The position numbers and the translations under genes are program-made. A stretch of 33,046 nt of DNA from an uncultured Mageeibacillus sp. (GTDB lineage: Bacteria > Bacillota > Clostridia > Saccharofermentanales > DTU023). Below are positions 26,887 through 33,046 of this stretch, piece by piece. The DNA is taken from assembly GCA_964493375.1 (NCBI GenBank), contig CAZBOM010000002.1, forward strand, positions 1 to 33,046. The letters are read 5' to 3'. The notes under the pieces are model-generated. The model was given only the letters and a program-made list of their open reading frames with translations. It made no database searches and was not told where the DNA came from. Numbering within the stretch: position 1 is the first letter of the stretch; each line of letters starts with the position of its first letter.

Positions 26887-27411
26887 ATGTTGTGCCATCA
26901 TTGCCAACAAAGAGATGCGACGATCCATCTGACCAAGGTCGTCAACGGTTTAAAAGAGGAACATCACCTCTGTCAAGCGTGTGCCGCTTCGCTTCAACAT
27001 GAACAAGGAGCGACAGAGTCGACATGGGGCGGGATGCTGGAATCCATATTACCCGGACCTTCCATGTTCGGTTATCCGTTCATGGCGAAAGATCAGCGTT
27101 CCACACCGGCGAGGCTCGTTTGCCCGCAATGCGGTGAGACGGAACGAGAACTCCGCGAGACGGGGCTTCTTGGATGCGCACAGTGCTACGACACATTTTG
27201 CGAATTATTATTCCCCGTGTTTCGTCGAGCGCAAGGTCATACGCAACACATCGAAGAAGTCGCTCCATGCGTCGTCGAGGACAAGCCGTTGTCAGAAATC
27301 GAACGACTGAAGGTTGATTTGAGCGATGCCATCGCTCAGGAAGATTACAAACGTGCCGCTCAACTTCGCGATGCCATTCGTGACCTCGAAGAGAAGGAGG
27401 GATCGCAATGA
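26887..27411 (+). CDS. mcsA: protein-arginine kinase activator McsA (zinc fingers + UVR domain)
   Basis: It has Cys pairs 'CHHCQQ...CQAC' and 'CPQCG...CAQCY', and a C-terminal UVR-like 'LSDAIAQEDYKRAAQLRDAIRDLE'. GAGGAGGA lies 8-9 nt before ATG 26887, which is preferred over 26869 because that start overlaps ctsR. Confidence 0.88.
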   Translation: MLCHHCQQRDATIHLTKVVNGLKEEHHLCQACAASLQHEQGATESTWGGMLESILPGPSMFGYPFMAKDQRSTPARLVCPQCGETERELRETGLLGCAQCYDTFCELLFPVFRRAQGHTQHIEEVAPCVVEDKPLSEIERLKVDLSDAIAQEDYKRAAQLRDAIRDLEEKEGSQ

Positions 27412-28442
27412 CATGGTATCTAGACAGCGGACCGGATAGCGATGTCATCATTTCGACGCGCGTGAGGCTGGCGAGAAATCTTGAAGATACACCTTTTCCT
27501 TGGCGTCTTACGCCGGAAGAGCTGGAACGCGTCAAAGAACGCGTGACAGACGCTTTTCGCGATATATGTGACATCAGCGGCGAGAAACCATTGATTGTCG
27601 ATCTATCGACATTAGGCGACATCGAATCGCGCGCGCTCGCGGAGAAGCGCATCATCAGTCGCGATATGTTGAAGCATACGCGTGGAAAATCGCTGCTGCT
27701 GTTCCCCGGGGAAGCGACGGGAATTCTCGTCAATGAAGAAGACCACCTGCGCCTTTACGCCGTGGGTGCCGGACTTTGCTTTAAGGAGACGGCAGAGCGG
27801 GCGATTGCTGTCGCGTCGCTTATGGGCGATCGACTGCCTTTTTCAAAGAGCGGTCGGATGGGCTACTTGACAACCTGCCCGACGAATACGGGAACAGGGA
27901 TGCGCGCATCGGCCATGCTCCACGTGCCCGGTCTTATACGCGCCGGTGTGATCAAGCCGCTCGCCGATAAACTGACGAAAGCCGGTTATGTGCTCCGCGG
28001 CGCGGAAGGAGAGGGGAGCGACGCGTACGGTGACTTCATTCAGTTGTCGAACCAAGTGACGCTCGGCGTCTCTGAAGAACGCATTCTCTCAGATCTTGAG
28101 CGACTCGTCCGCGAGGTCGCCGACGAGGAGCGTCGAGCTCGCCGCGCGCTATACGAGCGAGATCGGCTCGCCATGCAAGATGAGATCGGGCGCGCCAAGG
28201 ATAAGCTCATGTACTCACATCTGATGTCGACCGAAGAAGCGATGCATTTGCTTCCACTCGTGCGACTCGGAAGAGAGCTCGAACTTCCCGATATGCCAAG
28301 CTACGAGACCATTCAAGAATTGTTTGTCGGCGTCGGGGAAGGCGTGTTGCAACAGACACTCGGAAGGCCGCTTGAACCTAGGCAGCGAGATGAGGAACGC
28401 GCCACAATCATACGCCATGCAATAAATAATCTTAGAACATAA
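27408..28442 (+). CDS. mcsB: protein arginine kinase McsB (ATP:guanido phosphotransferase fold)
   Basis: 'ISTRVRLARNLEDTPFP', 'EEDHLRL', 'GYLTTCPTNTGTGMRASAMLHVPGL', 'QVTLGVSEE'. The start overlaps the mcsA stop (ATGA). Confidence 0.93.
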   Translation: MTWYLDSGPDSDVIISTRVRLARNLEDTPFPWRLTPEELERVKERVTDAFRDICDISGEKPLIVDLSTLGDIESRALAEKRIISRDMLKHTRGKSLLLFPGEATGILVNEEDHLRLYAVGAGLCFKETAERAIAVASLMGDRLPFSKSGRMGYLTTCPTNTGTGMRASAMLHVPGLIRAGVIKPLADKLTKAGYVLRGAEGEGSDAYGDFIQLSNQVTLGVSEERILSDLERLVREVADEERRARRALYERDRLAMQDEIGRAKDKLMYSHLMSTEEAMHLLPLVRLGRELELPDMPSYETIQELFVGVGEGVLQQTLGRPLEPRQRDEERATIIRHAINNLRT

Positions 28443-28458
28443 ATAGGGGGAATCAATT

Positions 28459-31119
28459 ATGATGATTAGATTTTCAAGACGATCCGGGGAAGCCTTAGGG
28501 CGCGCTTGGGTCACAGCCAAATCATTTGAAACAGGATACATTGGGACAGAGCATCTTCTCGCCGGAATACTCGCCGAGCGAGATGGGCTCGCGTGCGAAC
28601 TTCTGGGGAACAGAGGCGTCGACGGCGCCACGGTCACGCGACAACTTATCGCGTTCAACCATAAACAGCCTGTCGAAGTCTCACAGGAGGAAGCCGAAGG
28701 CATCGATGGAAACGACATTATCGCGATGATGACACCGCGCACAAGGCAAGTTATCAATCTCGCGGCTCGCGAAGCACAATCGCTCTCACAGAGCGGGGCG
28801 ATTGACCCGGAGCACTTGTTGCTCGGCATCTTGCGTGAAGGTGAGAGTGTCGCCGTCCGTATACTCGTGGAAGCCGGTATCACGCCTCGAGATTTCCATA
28901 CACAACTTTCACAAGTCATACAGGCCGGATGGAGTCAATCTGAACCTTCCGGGACGGCGTCATCGAGCGCAAGCTGTGCCGCGCCTTCAGATTCAAAGAC
29001 ACCTAACCTAGACAAATTCAGTCGCGATCTCACGGAAATGGCGAGAGAAGGGCGTTTTGATCCGATCATCGGTCGCGATGACGAGATTCGACGCGTGGAA
29101 CAGATTCTGTGCCGTCGGACAAAAAATAATCCCGTCCTTATCGGTGAACCCGGCGTCGGAAAAACAGCCATCGCCGAAGGTATTGCGCAACGTATGATCT
29201 CCAATGACATGCCTGATCTTCTCTGTGGTAAACGACTCGTATCGCTCGACCTCAGCGGCATGCTGGCAGGCTCAAAATATCGTGGCGAATTTGAAGAGCG
29301 TCTCAAAATGGGTATCGATGAAGCCGTCGAAGCAGGCAATATTGTGCTCTTCATCGACGAACTTCACACGATCATCGGGGCGGGAGCTTCTGAGGGCGCG
29401 ATGGACGCGTCGAATATCCTGAAACCGTTGCTCGCTCGCGGGGAGGTACAAGTCATCGGAGCGACGACGCTCGACGAATACAGAAAGCACATAGAAAAAG
29501 ACGCGGCACTTGAGCGTCGCTTCCAGCCCGTTACTATTAACGAGCCGAGTGAACCTGATACAGTCGACATCCTCTTCGGCTTGAGAACGCACTACGAAGA
29601 CCATCACCGCGTCCACATCTCCGATGAGTCAATTGAGGCGGCGGTCAAATTGTCGACACGCTATATCACCGATAGATTTTTGCCTGACAAAGCCATTGAC
29701 CTGATCGATGAGGCCGCGTCACGGTTGAGAATCAATCAAGTGAGAGGTTCCGATGAATTGCGCGCGTTGCAAGATCAGTTGCAAAAAGTGATCGCCGATA
29801 AAGACAAAGCCGTCGAAGACGAAGCGTTTGAGTTGGCAGCCGATCTGAAAGCGCAAGAAGATGAGCTCGAGAAGAGCATCGCCGAATGCGAAGAGCACGG
29901 CCAGGCCGACAATCGCGAGGATTGGCCGGTGCTCACGAGCGACATGATCGCCGATATTGTGTCGAGTTGGACGAGCATTCCTGTCAGGACGTTGACCGAA
30001 GACGACAGTGAGAAGTTGCGTCGCCTTGAAGACGAGCTGCGCAAGCGTGTGCTTGGGCAGGATGAGGCGGTGACAGCCGTCTCAAAAGCTATTCGTCGCG
30101 GACGACTCGGGTTGAAAGACCCGCAGCGTCCGACGGGTTCGTTCATCTTCCTTGGGACAACAGGCGTCGGTAAGACAGAACTCGCCAAAGCGCTCGCCGA
30201 GACGATGTTCGGCCATGAGAACGCTCTCATCCGCGTCGATATGTCGGAATACATGGAAAAATTCGATGTGTCAAAATTGATCGGCTCGCCTCCCGGTTAC
30301 GTTGGCTACGACGAAGGAGGGCAGTTGACTGAGAAAGTGAGACGTCAACCGTATTCTGTGGTTCTCTTTGATGAAATTGAAAACTCGATGCTACAAATTC
30401 TTGAGGATGGGCGCTTAACCGATGGCCAAGGAAGAACGGTCAACTTCACGAATACGATTATCATCATGACATCGAACATCGGCGCTCGCCTGCTCGTCAG
30501 CCCCGAGGGACGACGTATCGGATTCGCATTCGATCACGAACAGAACGACGAAGAAATTGTCAGAGATGAAGACTTCTATGGTGGCAAGACATTCGATGAG
30601 GCTAAGGATCTCGTCCTCAAAGAGTTACACCGAACGTTCTCGCCTGAGTTTATCAACCGTATCGATGAGATCATCTTCTTCAAGATGCTCGACCGCGAGA
30701 CGATGCGCAGTATTGTTGACATCATGATTAACCAGCTATCAGCGCGTATTGCCGATATCGGGTTGATGACGGACGTGACAGACAAAGCGAAAGATTGGCT
30801 CGCTGACAAAGGCTATGAACCACAGTATGGCGCGCGTCCCTTACGCCGCTTGATCCAGACGGAGGTAGAGGATCGTTTCTCTGAAGCGCTGCTCGATCAC
30901 ATCGTGGCTGAAGGCGATACCGCCGAAGTCGATCTCGATACCGAAGCCGATCACCTCGTGATCAGGAAAAAAATGGCGGAACGAGAATCAATCGTTGCGG
31001 ACGAGAATGAAGACGAGGATGACAACGTTGCGCCGGCAGATGATGTCGGTGAACGGCCTCAACTATCCGATGATATGGAGTTGAACGAGCCGGACAATTC
31101 GGCTGCAAACGAAGCATAA
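28459..31119 (+). CDS. clpC: ATP-dependent Clp protease ATP-binding subunit ClpC (class I AAA+ with Clp_N repeats, UVR-like linker, two NBDs)
   Basis: It has a Clp_N repeat ('[10 protein letters not shown]', '[10 protein letters not shown]'). D1 has Walker A '[13 protein letters not shown]' and Walker B 'VLFIDELH'. D2 has Walker A '[14 protein letters not shown]' and Walker B 'VVLFDEIE', plus '[10 protein letters not shown]'. AGGGGGA precedes ATG 28459. The C-terminal tail is acidic. Confidence 0.95.
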   Translation: MMIRFSRRSGEALGRAWVTAKSFETGYIGTEHLLAGILAERDGLACELLGNRGVDGATVTRQLIAFNHKQPVEVSQEEAEGIDGNDIIAMMTPRTRQVINLAAREAQSLSQSGAIDPEHLLLGILREGESVAVRILVEAGITPRDFHTQLSQVIQAGWSQSEPSGTASSSASCAAPSDSKTPNLDKFSRDLTEMAREGRFDPIIGRDDEIRRVEQILCRRTKNNPVLIGEPGVGKTAIAEGIAQRMISNDMPDLLCGKRLVSLDLSGMLAGSKYRGEFEERLKMGIDEAVEAGNIVLFIDELHTIIGAGASEGAMDASNILKPLLARGEVQVIGATTLDEYRKHIEKDAALERRFQPVTINEPSEPDTVDILFGLRTHYEDHHRVHISDESIEAAVKLSTRYITDRFLPDKAIDLIDEAASRLRINQVRGSDELRALQDQLQKVIADKDKAVEDEAFELAADLKAQEDELEKSIAECEEHGQADNREDWPVLTSDMIADIVSSWTSIPVRTLTEDDSEKLRRLEDELRKRVLGQDEAVTAVSKAIRRGRLGLKDPQRPTGSFIFLGTTGVGKTELAKALAETMFGHENALIRVDMSEYMEKFDVSKLIGSPPGYVGYDEGGQLTEKVRRQPYSVVLFDEIENSMLQILEDGRLTDGQGRTVNFTNTIIIMTSNIGARLLVSPEGRRIGFAFDHEQNDEEIVRDEDFYGGKTFDEAKDLVLKELHRTFSPEFINRIDEIIFFKMLDRETMRSIVDIMINQLSARIADIGLMTDVTDKAKDWLADKGYEPQYGARPLRRLIQTEVEDRFSEALLDHIVAEGDTAEVDLDTEADHLVIRKKMAERESIVADENEDEDDNVAPADDVGERPQLSDDMELNEPDNSAANEA

Positions 31120-31138
31120 ACGACTCGTGTAAAAAATG

Positions 31139-31180
31139 AAGTCGCGGGAGAACAGCCAGTCTCCCGCGACTTTTTATTTT
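31139..31180. terminator. strong bidirectional rho-independent terminator (clpC / M3 peptidase convergent pair)
   Basis: AAGTCGCGGGAGA (31139-31151) pairs with TCTCCCGCGACTT (31160-31172), giving a 13-bp stem and 8-nt loop. It is flanked by AAAAAA upstream and TTTTTATTTTTT downstream. Confidence 0.88.
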
Positions 31181-31234
31181 TTAGCCCGTTACGATAAAAA
31201 GACGTCAGTCACGCTTTCAGAAACATCGGTTCTA

Positions 31235-32932
31235 TCAGAGGGCAAGATCATCGACGCCATCAAGATACGCTTTAATGGCGGGGACGACAGAGGCGATGGT
31301 TCCTTCAATAAAAGGATTTCTAAGATTAGCAAGATCAACGAGTTCGAGGAAAGGCTTACTCCCGCCGGCTTGGCAGAGACGCAAGTAATCAATCCATGCA
31401 TCTGTGTGGTTATCTTGATCCTTGACCCAGAACTGTAACGCGCAGACTTGGGCCAATGTGTAATCGATATAGTAGAAGGGTGCGCCGAAAATATGGCTTT
31501 GGCGCATCCAGTAACCACCTCGTTCAAGATAATCAAAACCGCCGTAATCGCGAAGCGGCAAGTACTTCTTTTCAAGCTCACGCCATTTGAGCTTCCGCTC
31601 AGCAGGTGTCGCCTCGGGATTCTCATAAACCCAATGTTGGAACTCGTCGACTGTCACACCGTACGGGATAAACGTCAGCGCGCCCGCGAGGTGCGTGAAC
31701 TTGAACTTCTCCGTTTGGTGTTCAAAGAACAGCTCCATCCAAGGCCATGTGAAGAACTCCATACTCATGGAGTGAATTTCGCACGCTTCAAGTGTGGGGA
31801 AGCCGTAAGCCATCAGTCGCATATGGCGACTTTCATAACCTTGGAACGCGTGCCCCGCTTCGTGTGTCATGACTTCGACATCGCCTTGCGTCCCGTTAAA
31901 ATTGGCGAAGATGAAAGGAGACTTGTAATCGACGAAACTCGTGCAATACCCGCCGCCGGATTTTCCTTTTTTCGATAAGACATCGAACAATTCATTCTGA
32001 CGAATAAACTGGAAGAACTCATCTGTTTCCGAAGAAAGCTCACGATACATCCTTTCGGCTTGTTCGAGGATCCACTCCGGATCACCTTGCGGTTTGGCAT
32101 TCCCAGTCGTGTAATTGAGGGGTTCGTCGTACCAATAGAGATGATCGAGTCCTAGTCGTTTTTGTTGTCGCTTGCGAAGTTCGACGGAAATAGGGACAAT
32201 CTCTCGATAGACTTGATCGCGGTAATGCTTGACATCCTCCGCATTGTAGTCTGTTCGTCCCAATAGATCGTAGCCGAGTTGAACAAAATTGTCATAGCCT
32301 AGCTTGCGCGCCATCTCTGTGCGAATTTTGACCATCCGGTCGTAGATCGCATCCAATTCATTTTCATGTTTTTCAAAGAATCCAAAGAAGGCTTCGCCGG
32401 CACGTTTGCGACGATCGCGATCAACATCCTGCATAAATGGACCGAGTTGCGCCAACGTATACGTGTTGCCTTCAAATTCAATTTGAGCTGACGCGAGTAG
32501 TTTTGTGTGTTCCGTCTCTAAACGATTTAACTCTACGAGATCGTCCATGATTTCCGGCGCGAACGTTTTGAGTTGTAGTTCAGTGAGTGAAAAAATCTGT
32601 TTTCCAAATTCTTTTTCCAATTCGAGTCGAAAAGGAGAGCGAACCATTTTGGTGCCAAATTCAACCTGGAGCTCCTCGAATTGTGGCGACACTTCATCAA
32701 AAAAATCAACTTCCGCCTCGTAGAACTCATCCCTTGTATCAATCGTATTTCTGACACTGGATAAAGTTCGTTGCGTATCGAACGCGCGGTGGATCGCTTC
32801 GAACTCATCGATGAGCTTGATCTGTTCTTCGGCTGTTTTTGTCTCATCGAATGTCTCTATGATGCGCCTCATATCATGTTTGACACGCTCCATATCAGGG
32901 CGCGTATAGACCATATCGGGAAATTTTGTCAT
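31235..32932 (-). CDS. M3-family oligoendopeptidase (PepF-like zinc metallopeptidase)
   Basis: 565 aa with the zinc motif 'VMTHEAGHAFQGY' (HExxH) and a downstream 'EIHSMSMEFF' Glu ligand region. AAGGAG lies 7 nt before ATG 32932. Confidence 0.88.
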   Translation of the reverse strand: MTKFPDMVYTRPDMERVKHDMRRIIETFDETKTAEEQIKLIDEFEAIHRAFDTQRTLSSVRNTIDTRDEFYEAEVDFFDEVSPQFEELQVEFGTKMVRSPFRLELEKEFGKQIFSLTELQLKTFAPEIMDDLVELNRLETEHTKLLASAQIEFEGNTYTLAQLGPFMQDVDRDRRKRAGEAFFGFFEKHENELDAIYDRMVKIRTEMARKLGYDNFVQLGYDLLGRTDYNAEDVKHYRDQVYREIVPISVELRKRQQKRLGLDHLYWYDEPLNYTTGNAKPQGDPEWILEQAERMYRELSSETDEFFQFIRQNELFDVLSKKGKSGGGYCTSFVDYKSPFIFANFNGTQGDVEVMTHEAGHAFQGYESRHMRLMAYGFPTLEACEIHSMSMEFFTWPWMELFFEHQTEKFKFTHLAGALTFIPYGVTVDEFQHWVYENPEATPAERKLKWRELEKKYLPLRDYGGFDYLERGGYWMRQSHIFGAPFYYIDYTLAQVCALQFWVKDQDNHTDAWIDYLRLCQAGGSKPFLELVDLANLRNPFIEGTIASVVPAIKAYLDGVDDLAL

Positions 32933-33046
32933 TTGCCTACTCCTTACGGTATTTGCCTTTTGGGGCTTTTAGATCTCACGATACGATAATTTTACACATT
33001 GGCGGTCAATATAAGCAATGATATTCATCGGAATACCCCACCGATA

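Noticed and set aside
27080-28919. Long minus-strand ORFs (217 aa and 234 aa) antisense to mcsA/mcsB/clpC
   Set aside because: They are shadow ORFs opposite well-supported genes. They are Ser/Arg/Pro-rich with no recognisable motifs.
31136-31438. 100-aa + strand ORF downstream of clpC
   Set aside because: It starts inside the clpC terminator hairpin and runs antisense to the 3' end of the M3 peptidase gene. It has no RBS.
32969-33046. Open minus-strand frame at the window edge (…YRWGIPMNIIAYIDRQCVKLSYREI*), possibly the 3' end of another gene upstream of the M3 peptidase
   Set aside because: Only 25 codons are visible and there is no recognisable motif, so it cannot be distinguished from a chance open frame. 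The region may instead hold the peptidase promoter.
1-33046. Search by eye for tRNA/rRNA genes, CRISPR repeats, IS/transposase/integrase genes, and phage or defence-system genes
   Set aside because: I recognised none. All intergenic regions are short (<320 nt) and contain no spaced direct repeats or cloverleaf-like sequences. A tRNAscan, Infernal or CRISPR-finder run would be the definitive check.

Overview
This is a chromosomal segment of a Bacillota (Firmicutes)-type genome. GC is about 50-60% in the housekeeping genes, judged from spot counts only, with nothing computed genome-wide. Most of the window is ordinary core metabolism and information processing. On the + strand it runs: a gene 3' end, dus, an alpha/beta hydrolase, tryptophanase, an EF-G paralog translationally coupled to a CNNM/CorC-type membrane protein and a HAD phosphatase, then a membrane-anchored parvulin PPIase. 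A murT/gatD-like pair lies on the - strand, divergent from rpoB-rpoC. After rpoC comes the ctsR-mcsA-mcsB-clpC stress operon, with a textbook promoter and CtsR box, and a convergent M3 oligoendopeptidase. The one clearly accessory stretch is about 20.2-26.3 kb, between rpoC and ctsR. It holds two tandem paralogous envelope proteins built from G5-like repeats with a C-terminal CAP/SCP (YkwD-like) domain. One is anchored by an unusual signal-peptide plus TM-hairpin N-terminus, the other is a lipoprotein with a poly-Thr linker. An AT-rich acidic orphan ORF follows them on the opposite strand. Other points worth a second look: the GatD-like protein seems to have lost its catalytic Cys and His; the predicted rpoB and murT promoters face each other with overlapping leaders; the EF-G paralog has non-canonical GTPase motifs and sits in an operon with a putative Mg2+ transporter; ClpC has a short deletion right after the D2 Walker B motif. 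I found no tRNA, rRNA, CRISPR array, transposase or integrase. All family assignments come from motif recognition by eye and reference sequences recalled from memory, not from searches.
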